Below, piece by piece: positions 9,629 to 19,200 of a DNA stretch of 58,989 bases. The position numbers were made by a program, and so were the translations under genes. The notes under the pieces are model-generated. The model was not told where the DNA came from and ran no database searches. It worked only from the letters and a program-made list of their open reading frames with translations. Each line of letters starts with the position of its first letter. Position 1 is the stretch's first letter. Source of the DNA: Chloroflexota bacterium (lineage in GTDB: Bacteria > Chloroflexota > Dehalococcoidia > GIF9 > AB-539-J10); the NCBI GenBank assembly GCA_048621695.1, contig JBMCVZ010000001.1, forward strand, positions 1 through 58,989. Direction: 5' to 3'.

Positions 9629-10717
9629 CTAGACGTTAAACAAGAAGGTAACTACGTCTCCATCCTGGATGATGTAATTTTTGCCTTCTGTCCTCAGCAG
9701 CCCTCTTTTTCGCGCCTCGGCTACATTGCCGCAGCTTTCCATATCACTGTAGCTGATAACCTCAGCTCGGATAAATCCCCTTTCCATATCGGAATGAATC
9801 TTTCCTGCCGCTTTCGGCGCTGGAGTTCCGCCGGGGATAGTCCAGGCCTTTAGCTCCGAGGAAACTGTGGTGAAGAAAGAAATCAGCCCCAAAAGACTAT
9901 AGGAAAGGTCGATAACCCGGTCGAGTGCTGGTTTACTCAGCCCCATAGCTTCACGGAATTCCTTGGCTTCAGTGTCGCTGAGCTGAGCTAGCTCCATCTC
10001 CAGCTTGCCGCAGAGGGCGACCACGGCAAACTGGGGGTAAAGGGAACTTATTTCGCCTTCCAATTGTGAAGCCTGTGATATTTGCTCCTCTCCTATATTA
10101 AGGACTACCAGCATGGGTTTGGCGGTAAGAAATTGATAGTTGGATAACATTTTGAGTTCTTCTTTAGCCAGGCCTTGTAGTCTTATTGGTATATCTTTCT
10201 CTAACTCCGTCTTCACCTTTTGAAGCAGAAGTTGCTCCTTTAAATAGGACTCCCGCTCTGCTGCTTTAGCTCCTTTCAAACTTGTCTCCAGTTTGTCAAG
10301 CCTTCTCTCCATAATAGCTAAATCGGAAATGGCGAGTTCTAAATCTAGGGAAGCTATGTCTCGTTTCGGCTCTATGCTCCCTTCAGGATGGGGAACCTTG
10401 TCATCTTCAAAAGCCCGGACTACCTGGAGCAGGGCATCAGCGGTAGTTAGATAGCTCAAGAATTCTCCCCCCGGTCCTTCTTTACCGAAGCCCTTGAGGG
10501 AACCGGCAATATCTGTGTAACTCACCTCTGCGGGAACAGTCTTTTTGGGCTGGAATATGCCTTCCAGCACTGATAATCGGGAATCGGGGACTTTAGCCAC
10601 GCCGGTATTGGGAGCCAGGGTAGGGGAATAAGCGGCAACTTCAGCCCTGCCTCTGGTCAGGGCATTAAAGATAGTCGTTTTGCCGCTCTTGGGTATGCCG
10701 ATAATGGCAACCTTCAT
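9629..10717 (-). CDS. ychF: Ribosome-binding ATPase YchF
   Basis: It has the P-loop GIPKSGKTTIFNALT, a coiled-coil insert, and the C-terminal TGS-like end EGKNYIIQDGDVVTFLFNV. The length is 362 aa. Confidence 0.9.
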   Translation of the reverse strand: MKVAIIGIPKSGKTTIFNALTRGRAEVAAYSPTLAPNTGVAKVPDSRLSVLEGIFQPKKTVPAEVSYTDIAGSLKGFGKEGPGGEFLSYLTTADALLQVVRAFEDDKVPHPEGSIEPKRDIASLDLELAISDLAIMERRLDKLETSLKGAKAAERESYLKEQLLLQKVKTELEKDIPIRLQGLAKEELKMLSNYQFLTAKPMLVVLNIGEEQISQASQLEGEISSLYPQFAVVALCGKLEMELAQLSDTEAKEFREAMGLSKPALDRVIDLSYSLLGLISFFTTVSSELKAWTIPGGTPAPKAAGKIHSDMERGFIRAEVISYSDMESCGNVAEARKRGLLRTEGKNYIIQDGDVVTFLFNV

Positions 10718-10793
10718 GATTATATCCTAGCATATTTTGCTTTGGGCGACTGATAAATAACATTCATTTGGCATTCCAGGCCTTTCTCCGGAT

Positions 10794-11165
10794 GTCATTG
10801 CGAGCCCTTCGTCTCTTGTCATTCTGAGTGTAGGGAAGAATCTTACTCCGCTCAGGGTAAACTCCGCGTGGCAATCTCATGTCCTTGACAGCCCCACCGG
10901 GATTGCTTCGGCACTGTCGTGCCTTGCAAAGACATGAAGTGGAGATTGCTTCGTCGGATAGGTCGGGACTCGCAATGGCGGAGCGGGGTGTCATTCTCAA
11001 CCGAAGCCCTGAGCGTAGCGAAAGGGCGGCGAAGAATCTAACTCCGCTCAGGCCTGCCCTGAGCCCAGTCGAAGGGGTAAGCTCCGCGAGGAATCCTTCG
11101 CATAGCTCAGAACGGTGTGTAGAGATTCTTCGTCATCCTGATGTATCGGGACTCCTCACAATGAC
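10794..11165. repeat. Cluster of REP/MITE-like short repeats (families A and B) in both orientations
   Basis: Family A units follow GTCATTGCGAG-N-CGAAGCAATCTC, and family B units follow GTCATTCTGAG...GAAGAATCT(T/A)ACTCCGCTCAGG. A units lie at 10901-10934 and 10943-10980, with an inverted unit at 11122-11165. A two-copy composite lies at 10818-10878 and 10989-11095. Confidence 0.8.
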
Positions 11166-11231
11166 ATTGCTAAGCGCTCCTTTTTGAGCTTCTGCTGGGA
11201 AAAGGTGGCGCTGTGATAGAATATCAGAGGG

Positions 11232-12224
11232 ATGCTCTACATTCTTTACGGTCGGGACGATTTCTCTCTAAATCAAGCTGTGGAGAAAATCAAAGTTAAC
11301 CTGGGCGACCGGGAAACGGTGGCGACCAACACCACCAGCTTAGAGGGAAAGAACCTAAATTTAAGTGAACTTAGAAATAAATGTAATGTTGCTCCTTTCT
11401 TATCTTCACATCGCCTGGTCATAGTTGATGGCTTATTAGGGCGCTTTGAGGTAAAGCCAGGTAAGCCACGGTCTGGCAGAAGCAAATCTAAAAATGGGCT
11501 GGGGGAATGGGAAGGTCTGGCTTCATACATCGGGCAAATGCCGGAAACAACTATGCTTATCTTGGTTGATGAGGAGGTGATGGGCCATAATCCTCTATTG
11601 AAGAAGCTTTCACCGTTAGCTGAAGTAAAAACCTTCCCTTTGTTGAAGGGCAAGGAATTGAAGGCCTGGGTGCGACAAAGGGTAAAGGAAGAAGGCGGCG
11701 ATATTACTCCCCAGGCCGTGAACTTGCTCGCTGAACTCATAGGTGGAGACTTATGGGCGATGAATGGTGAAATCCAGAAACTACTTCTTTATAGCCAGAA
11801 GCGCCCTATCAGCGAAGATGATGTTAGACAACTGGTAAGTCATGTCCAGGAGGCCAACATCTTTGCTCTGGTGGATGCAGTGGCTGAAGGGCGGACCGAG
11901 TTAGCCCAGCTGATACTGCATCGGCTGTACGATGACGGTGTAGCACCAACCTATATCCTGGTCATGATTACCAGACAATTCCGCTTGATAGCTCAAGCCA
12001 GAGACTTGGGAAAGGGTCTGTCCCGCCTGCAGATTCAGGATAGGTTGGGGTTGAAACAAAGCTATGTTGTAGATAAAACCCTTAGCCAGGCAAAGCTATA
12101 TGATTTTGAGGGCATAAAACGGGCTTATGACAAGCTTTTGGAAACCGACTTAGCCATTAAAACTGGCAAATATAGCGATAAATTAGCTCTAGAGCTCCTG
12201 GTAACCGAACTTGCCTGCCTATAA
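11232..12224 (+). CDS. holA: DNA polymerase III delta subunit
   Basis: The call rests on the 330 aa length, the N-terminus MLYILYGRDDFSLNQAVEKIK, and the C-terminal helical domain pattern of HolA. Confidence 0.75.
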   Translation: MLYILYGRDDFSLNQAVEKIKVNLGDRETVATNTTSLEGKNLNLSELRNKCNVAPFLSSHRLVIVDGLLGRFEVKPGKPRSGRSKSKNGLGEWEGLASYIGQMPETTMLILVDEEVMGHNPLLKKLSPLAEVKTFPLLKGKELKAWVRQRVKEEGGDITPQAVNLLAELIGGDLWAMNGEIQKLLLYSQKRPISEDDVRQLVSHVQEANIFALVDAVAEGRTELAQLILHRLYDDGVAPTYILVMITRQFRLIAQARDLGKGLSRLQIQDRLGLKQSYVVDKTLSQAKLYDFEGIKRAYDKLLETDLAIKTGKYSDKLALELLVTELACL

Positions 12225-12225
12225 T

Positions 12226-12304
12226 TCTCTCTCCTGGTGGGAGAGAGTTAGAGAGAGGGGGAAATTGACCCTCACCCAGACCCTCTCCCTTCGAGGGAGA
12301 GGGC
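12226..12304. repeat. Family C repeat (two GA/CT-rich hairpins)
   Basis: It contains TCTCTCC-tggtg-GGAGAGA and CCCTCTCCC-ttcga-GGGAGAGGG (12281-12303). A near-identical copy lies at 56031-56069. A reverse-oriented copy lies inside tsaD (54443-54497). Confidence 0.8.
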
Positions 12305-12547
12305 TTTATGCGAAGAGTGAAAGTCCTGAGCCCTATTGCTGTCACACTGAATTGACTGTCACTATACTTCAACCATTCATATGTGATTTGCTGAACACTT
12401 TGGCCACGGCACAGATGTTGCAAAGCCAATCTGAACGAGTCAATAAGCTGAGGTTTGATTTTTTACTTATCTCACAGCATACTGAAGCAGAAAAGGGTGT
12501 GTGGCAGTGAAGCGAGATTTGAAACTTAGTTTGGAGGTGGTGTTAAT

Positions 12548-13132
12548 ATGAGCGAGTCCTCTGAGCAAAGTCAGGCATTCACCCCTGTCCGCTATGAAAT
12601 AGTTATCACGGCGGAAGAGGCAATACTGGGAACCAAAAAGATACTTTCGCGGCAGGGTAAAAAGCTGGAGGTAAGTGTCCCTGCGGGAGTCAAAACCGGC
12701 AGCATAGTGAAGCTAGCCAATGCTCTGCAGGTAACCGACGGTCATCCCGGAGACATTTTGATTCGGATCAAGGTGAAAAAAGGGGAAATAGCTGCAAGGG
12801 TAATCGAGATTAACGATGATAGCTTTGAAGACGAGGTTTTGAAATGCAGTTTACCGGTCATGGTGGATTTCTGGGCACCCTGGTGTGGCCCGTGCCGGAT
12901 GATTGCGCCCATAACGGAGAAGCTGGCGAAGGAGTATGAAGGCAGGATGAAAGTGTGTAAGCTGAATGTGGATGAGAATCCCCAGACAGCTTCGAAATAC
13001 CGCGTCCTGAGTATACCTCAGATATTGTTCTTCAGGAATGGTGAGATTGTCGAGCAAAGCACTGGCGCAGTTCCTGAGTCTGTTCTTCAGTCAAAAGTGG
13101 AATCGGTATTACAGAAGCGACAGGCTCTTTAA
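12548..13132 (+). CDS. Thioredoxin with an N-terminal DnaJ-C-terminal-domain-like extension
   Basis: The C-terminal 105 aa is a canonical thioredoxin (VDFWAPWCGPCRMIAP...SIPQILFF). The N-terminal ~85 aa (AILGTKKILSRQGKKLEVSVPAGVKTGSIVKL...GDILIRIKV) matches the substrate-binding beta-sandwich pattern of the DnaJ CTD. A GGAGG RBS is present. Confidence 0.85.
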   Translation: MSESSEQSQAFTPVRYEIVITAEEAILGTKKILSRQGKKLEVSVPAGVKTGSIVKLANALQVTDGHPGDILIRIKVKKGEIAARVIEINDDSFEDEVLKCSLPVMVDFWAPWCGPCRMIAPITEKLAKEYEGRMKVCKLNVDENPQTASKYRVLSIPQILFFRNGEIVEQSTGAVPESVLQSKVESVLQKRQAL

Positions 13133-13260
13133 ATAGGCTAATGGAGTCCAGGTGTCTTTGCTAATGACTGGAAATCGCCGCTGAAAATACATCACAGACT
13201 GAGGCTATAATACCTAATGCATGGTAGGCTTAATCATTATTCTGTCCCTGGATTCTCGTC

Positions 13261-13402
13261 GAGATTGCTTCGCTCGCAACGGTCAGGTAAGCGAGTGTAA
13301 TTGACTGGCTTTTTTCACCCTCATCCTTCGATAACCTCAGGACAGGCTCTTAGTCCTCTGTCGTCGAACGGGAGGAGATTGCTTCGACGCGCTCGCAATG
13401 AC
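13261..13402. repeat. Family A (and B-like) REP units
   Basis: GAGATTGCTTCG-CTCGCAAC lies at 13261-13287 and GAGATTGCTTCGacgcgCTCGCAATGAC at 13375-13402. These units are absent from the paralogous upstream region of the intact activase gene. Confidence 0.7.
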
Positions 13403-13440
13403 ACAACGAGTTGCAGGAGAGGAGGCGCCTCTTTTAAGAA

Positions 13441-13680
13441 AGTGCGCTGTTTGCTACAATTGAGGCCAGCGTAGTGGGTTACCTTCTGGGGGAATATACT
13501 GGCTCTGGCAGAGTTGTTATCCCCAAAGAGCTTTATTGGATGGAATACAGAAACTCGCTGGCTCTTGACTACGGGTCACTTCACAGTTACACCGACATTG
13601 AAACTGTCATACAAAATGGAGGGCTTCGCCAGTCTGACCTTGAAATGCTGGGGTGCTCAACGAAGGGAATTAAGTTATGA
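13441..13680 (+). pseudogene. Decayed partial duplicate of the 5' UTR and N-terminal coding region of the activase gene at 16235
   Basis: 13441-13492 aligns with 16200-16252 (..GTTTGCTACAAT..). 13497-13620 aligns with 16413-16545 (GGCTCTGGCA-GTTATCCCCAAAGAGCT-TGGATGGAATACAG). 13617-13657 aligns with 16676-16716. The intervening activase segments are deleted. Confidence 0.7.
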
Positions 13681-15854
13681 ATCAATCAGAGTTTAAGCAC
13701 CATTTGACCGGGTATATAGCCCTGGGAGTGATGGTTCTAGTCACCAGCCTGTGGACATTCTGGGTCGTAAGAGCAATGTGTTACCAGGGGTGGTGGGACG
13801 CGTGGTACGTCCGCTTAATCTACTTAGCTCCGGCTATTGTGAGTCTGGGGTTGACATTAATAATGCTTGCACGACCCCGCGCAGGGGGCTCGTTGATTAT
13901 TGTCGTTGGTGGGGCTTTTACTGGCTGGTGGTGGCTCATCTCGGTCAATACCGGCCTGACCCTGAGTGATGCATTGGGCGTGCTGCCTTTCAGTGGTCTG
14001 TTCGTTGTCGCGGGAGTACTGTCTATTGTTGATGGTCACTACCGAAAGCGGTTGCGCTTCGAAGAAGGACGGTTGCCGTCAAAGGAGCGGCTCCCCCGCA
14101 AACTGCGCTACGTATTAGCCATCTCAATTCCGCTCGTGGTGGCTGTTGCTGCCTTAGTTTTAATTCCGCTCACTCAATTTCCTGAAATTGGTAATCAGCA
14201 GGACGGGACAGATGTTTACAGTGATAGTGACCAGTTTAGAAATACGTGTGTCCAATTTGTGCGCACAGTAGCTGAGAATCATCTTGATGGACAGCCCACA
14301 CAATACCCTGCGGAATTAGAAATTAAAGGCAATTGGGAGCTTGATATAACCATATATCACCAGGGAGAAATAAGAGGGGTTGGGGACTGTAAGGGTAAGA
14401 ACGAAATTTTATCCTTAACACTGGAAGAAGCCACGCGAAACGCACTAGAAGAAGCGCAACCGGAATTTACTAAGGAAGACCTTGAGGAGGTAAGATTTCT
14501 GGTTACTTTCTATTATCCTTCCCACTTCTTTACCCAAGTTGACAAGTTGTTTGAGCTTATACCTCGATTCGAGTATGACTATAGCCGTTCGTTTTGTCAC
14601 GATGACCTTCCATTTTCGTTTATAGAATATAGCGGGGAAGGGAAAGAACTTATTGAGGGCTTGGTCATAATACGCAGTGTGGATAAGGAATTGATGCTCC
14701 AGAAGATTGAACAGGGAAAAGAATTCTTAATCAGAGCAATGCATGAAGAAGAGTATGGTTTTTATAAAAGGTATGACACTTTAAATGATGACTTTGGGGA
14801 TAGGCTCCATACTGTGTATTCGGCTTCAATCATATATACGCTTTTGAAAATCTATGATTTCGACCAAGACGAACGGATATTGGAATATATACCGAAGTGG
14901 GGAGATTTCCTGCTTTCGATGCAAAGTAAAGATGAAGAAACGTATGGTGCATTTCATTATTCATACTATCCGGCAAGCGGCAAAAAACAATTGAGATTCC
15001 CTGTTGGTACCACAGCATTAAGCATATTCACGTTGTTAGATTTATACCAGCGAACGGGTGACTCTAGATATTTAGAATCGGCAAAGCTGGGTGGTGATTG
15101 GCTGACTACTATGCAGAAACCTGATGGTACTATGTACGCTCACAAAGTCCGATATGGGGAATGGCAATATGGTGAAAAAGAATCAATTCTTTATAATGGC
15201 CAAGTTCTTTCTGCACTTTCCCGGCTTTATAGAATTACCGGAGAGAAAAGATACTATGACAGTGCAGAAAGGATTGCCCAGCATTTCTCGGCAAGAGTTG
15301 AAGAAGAGGGTTGTTATCTGGGGGATGACTACCGCTGGAAAAACCCAATCTCAAGTGCCTGGATAGTGATGTCTTTGCTTGATTTCTACCAAATAAATCA
15401 AGAAGATTACTATAAGGACATGATTCTTAAATGCGGCGGCGAACTGGTGGAAAGACAAGCAAACGATGTAAATCATCCCCTCTACCATGGAAGCTGGCAC
15501 CGTGCGTATTCGACCAGTGGAAACGGCTGGCTAGCTGAAGTGATGATGGAAATGTACAGGTTTTGCCAGGAACAGAACGTGGACGGATGTGATAAATACA
15601 AAGAGGCAATAATAAGAGTGATACGATGGGTTATTCAGAACACATATTCGGAAGAAAATACCTTTTTCCTTAAAGAACCCGAGAAAGCAATAGGTGGTAT
15701 TTTCTGGAACTATGAGGATAGAGACGTTAGAACTGATTCGCTATGTCATGCCCTGAATGCGTATGCCGGCATGATGGACGGATGGGAAGAGGGAACGCTA
15801 CTTTCACTTCCAGAGAAGCCGATTGGAGTAACCTTGAGCCAGCTAAGAGGATGA
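13677..15854 (+). CDS. Membrane-anchored protein: ~5 N-terminal TM helices, a middle domain, and a C-terminal alpha/alpha-toroid (terpenoid cyclase/prenyltransferase-like) repeat domain
   Basis: The first ~170 aa are hydrophobic. The C-terminal ~400 aa carries repeats spaced ~55-60 aa apart: GDFLLSMQSKDEETYGAF, GGDWLTTMQKPDGTMY, CGGELVERQAN...GSWHRAY. The middle stretch ITIYHQGEIRGVGDCKG is faintly AMMECR1-like. The function is unknown. Confidence 0.6.
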   Translation: MNQSEFKHHLTGYIALGVMVLVTSLWTFWVVRAMCYQGWWDAWYVRLIYLAPAIVSLGLTLIMLARPRAGGSLIIVVGGAFTGWWWLISVNTGLTLSDALGVLPFSGLFVVAGVLSIVDGHYRKRLRFEEGRLPSKERLPRKLRYVLAISIPLVVAVAALVLIPLTQFPEIGNQQDGTDVYSDSDQFRNTCVQFVRTVAENHLDGQPTQYPAELEIKGNWELDITIYHQGEIRGVGDCKGKNEILSLTLEEATRNALEEAQPEFTKEDLEEVRFLVTFYYPSHFFTQVDKLFELIPRFEYDYSRSFCHDDLPFSFIEYSGEGKELIEGLVIIRSVDKELMLQKIEQGKEFLIRAMHEEEYGFYKRYDTLNDDFGDRLHTVYSASIIYTLLKIYDFDQDERILEYIPKWGDFLLSMQSKDEETYGAFHYSYYPASGKKQLRFPVGTTALSIFTLLDLYQRTGDSRYLESAKLGGDWLTTMQKPDGTMYAHKVRYGEWQYGEKESILYNGQVLSALSRLYRITGEKRYYDSAERIAQHFSARVEEEGCYLGDDYRWKNPISSAWIVMSLLDFYQINQEDYYKDMILKCGGELVERQANDVNHPLYHGSWHRAYSTSGNGWLAEVMMEMYRFCQEQNVDGCDKYKEAIIRVIRWVIQNTYSEENTFFLKEPEKAIGGIFWNYEDRDVRTDSLCHALNAYAGMMDGWEEGTLLSLPEKPIGVTLSQLRG

Positions 15855-16234
15855 GCCGTCTGGTAATACTATTAAACGATATTTTCAACGGCTAAATTCT
15901 CTCTATTACTGACTGCAAAAGAGCGCATCGTTAGAATATTCCTTACTGATCAGAAATTGACAACATAATCACATTACCCCAAAAGTGGGATCGTATGCCC
16001 ATACAGGTTAATGCTCAATGAAGAACTGGATGACACCTGCATTGGCTGGCAAACTGCCGTGCCCCGCTAGGTAGCTTGCTTACGCTCCACCAAGACAACT
16101 GTCCAACCAGGTAGTCCCTCCACCCTCGGTAGTATTATAGGAACATAATACCTGATGCGTAGCAAGCCTTATTTGTACGTTGTTAATGGGATTCGCAAGA
16201 AAGTGTGTTTTTTGCTACAATGGAGCGCCGAGCA

Positions 16235-19200
16235 ATGAATTATTTCCTGGGCGTAGATATTGGCTCTGTCAATGCCAAGCTGGCGCTCATAGATGAGAAC
16301 GCCAAGGTCATTCAGTTTGATACCGCGAAAGTAATCTCCGGCCCCAGAGCCGCAGTCAGCGCACTTATCGCCAGGCTGGGCGAGAGATTCAATCTCAAAG
16401 ATATTGTCGCCGCTGGTGTATGCGGCTCTGGCAAGGCTGTTATCCCCAAAGAGCTCAGCTGGATGGAATACAGCAGCTCACTGGCGATTGCCGCCGGGCT
16501 GCTTCACCGTTACTCCGACGTTAAGACTATTATACAGATCGGCGGCCAGAGTACCCTGGTGATAGAGCTGGAAGATGGCTTGAAGAAACCGTGGAATGTG
16601 GCATCCAATCCCCTTTGTGCTGCGGGCACGGGAAGATTCCTGGAGCAGCAGGCATACAGGATTGGTATCAGTATGGAGGACTTCGCCAGCCTGGCACTGA
16701 AATGCAAAGACACTCCCCCCAGGATAGCCGCCCGCTGCAGCGTCTTTGCCAAGACCGACCTCATTCACCTCCAGCAGAAGGGGGCACCTCTGGACGCCAT
16801 GCTCTACGCACTGTGTGAAAGCGTTGCCCGGATGGTTGCCTCTTTGAAGAAAGGGACTTTCCAGGAACCGGTCTGCTTTGTGGGTGGTGTTGCCGCCAAT
16901 CCCGCCGTGGCCAAATCCCTTAATGATATGATTTCTTCCAGAAACGGGCATCCCGTTGAGGTAATTATTCCCGAAGACTATCTTCACGTGGAGTCCCTGG
17001 GTTCGGCATTGCTGTCCATAGGGAAAACTTCCCAGGGGGTTATGCTGCCGGAAACGGACGTTAAGCAGCGCTATTTTGAAATGCCCAGGCTGGAAATTGT
17101 TGCCGTTCAGGACGGTAAGGATGGTCAGAGGATAGAAGAACCATGCGTTGGCTACCTCGGAGTTGATGTCGGTTCCACCAGCACCAAGGCGGTGGTAATG
17201 GATGAGTCCGGTACACGATTGCTGGGGAAGAATTACTTGATGACTGCTGGAAGACCGGTTGAGGCCATAAGGCAGGTCTTCAGGAACCTGCTTCGGGATG
17301 GTGCAGGCAAGGTCAAGATAGCTGGAGCTGGCGTTACCGGCTCGGGCAGATATCTGGTGGGCGGCTTCATCGGGGCGGACCTGATTAAGAACGAGATAAC
17401 GGCGCAGACCAGAGCTGCCGCTGAGTTGGACTCTGAAGCAGATATCATCGAGATCGGCGGCCAGGATTCCAAGCTGGTGATCAAGAGAAACGGAGTGGTC
17501 GTGGACTATCACATGAATAAAGCCTGTGCCGCCGGAACAGGAAGTTTCATTGACGAGCTAGCCGAGATGCTTGGCATTTCCGTGACCAATGGTCAGTTTG
17601 CAGACCTGGCATTTGCCGCCCCGCATACCATTGATTTGGGGACAAGATGTGCTGCCTTTATGGGGCAGGCGGTGTCCTCGGCACAGCAGGAAGGTGTGCC
17701 CCTGGAAATAATCACGGCCAGTCTGGCTAATTCTATAGCCAAGAACTATCTCTCCAAGGTGGTGGAGCATAGAAAACTGGGCGACAAGGTTATCCTCACT
17801 GGAGCGGTGTTCTACAATAAAGCTGTAGTTTCAGCCTTTCACCAGCAGCTTGCAGGTAAAACACTGACTGTTCCGGAGCACAAGGAAGTCAGCGGCGCCA
17901 TAGGCGCAGCCCTGCTGGCAAAGGAGGCCATGGTCGGTCAGGAATCGAAATTCAAGGGATTTCAGGAGGTTGTGGACAGCGAGTGTAAGCTTACTACGTT
18001 TGTGTGTAAGGGGTGTGACAACAACTGCACCATCACTCGCATGGAGATGCCCGGTGAAAAGCCCAGTTTCTATGGCAGCAGGTGCGACAAGTACGACGCT
18101 ATAGCCAGCCATGCAAAGCAAGAGACCTTCTTCGATAAGCGGGAACAGTTGCTCTTTCGAGAGTACAAAAAGGAGTCCGGCACAGGGCCGAAAGTGGGCA
18201 TTCCCAGAGGACTTCTGGTGTATGACTATGCTCCGCTACTTATCGGCTTTCTCAACGCACTGGATGCCAGGGTTGTCCTTACCAGCCAGACCAACAACGC
18301 AATTATGGACCAGGCCATCGAGCTAAGCTACACCGACAGCTGTTTTCCCATGAAGCTACTCCATGGACATGCGGCAATGCTCAAGGATACCGATTACATA
18401 CTCTACCCCTGTGCCATTCGCCTGGGTAGAAAGGATGGTGATGAGAGCCAGAAATATTCCTGTCCACTTGTCCAGGCCTCCCCGTTCATAATCCGCAATG
18501 TGCTTGACCTGGGTGAACGGCTGTTGATACCCATAATTGATTTCAGCTTGGGTGATGACGATGTGATAAAGAACCTTGCGGATGTTGCGGTGAAGATGGG
18601 GTTCAGCAGACAAAAAGGCAAGAAAGCAGCTCTGGCCGGATTTGAATCTCAGCGGAAGTTCGAGGCCGACCAGGCAGTGCTGGGTAGAGAACTATTGGAG
18701 CAACTGCACCAAGGCGACCAGTTGGGTGTGGTCCTCTTCGCCAGGTCTTATATGTCGCAGGATGCCGGGGCAAACTTGGGCATAGCGGAAAAGCTCGCTC
18801 AGCTTGGAGTGGTGCCCATACCGCTGGACTTCCTGCCCTTGAAGTCGGTAAATGCCAAGGACTACTCTGACCGTCCGTACTGGTTCTATGAGAACAAATA
18901 TATAGCCGGTGCCGAGATAACTGCGTCAGACCCCCAGCTTTATGGGTTGTGGCTGTCAAACTTCGGATGTGGTCCGAACTCCTTCATAATCCACATTGTG
19001 GAGGATATCATGGGGAATAAGCCTCTGGGACAGTTGGAGATAGACGAGCATGCTGCTGAGGCCGGTATAGTTACACGCCTCGAAGCCTTCGTCGATACCA
19101 TTCAAGGGTTTGCTCATTCTGCCCAGAAGGATGAAGCGCCACAAAAAGATATCTATCGTAGTGCATTTCCACCCGTCATTGATACCACCAAGACCTTTAT

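Noticed and set aside
10794-11165. Possible CRISPR array, suggested by many short similar units in a 370-nt stretch.
   Set aside because: The units occur in both orientations, with irregular spacing and variable length. The sequences between them are themselves repeats. No cas genes are present in the window.
10764-12510. ORF-track entries 10764..11000(-), 10879..11187(+), 12157..12429(-) and 12211..12510(+).
   Set aside because: They consist almost entirely of translated REP-like repeats (for example ..SLRGRGL.., ..RSEATRQS..-type strings). They lack RBSs and overlap each other on opposite strands.
16478-17512. A 344-aa ORF antisense to the activase gene. Similar long antisense ORFs lie at 2906..3637, 21883..22530, 26150..26674, 51052..51579 and 11273..11740.
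   Set aside because: These are shadow ORFs inside strongly supported genes on the opposite strand. Their Ser/Arg/Pro-rich composition is low-complexity, and no motifs or RBSs are present.
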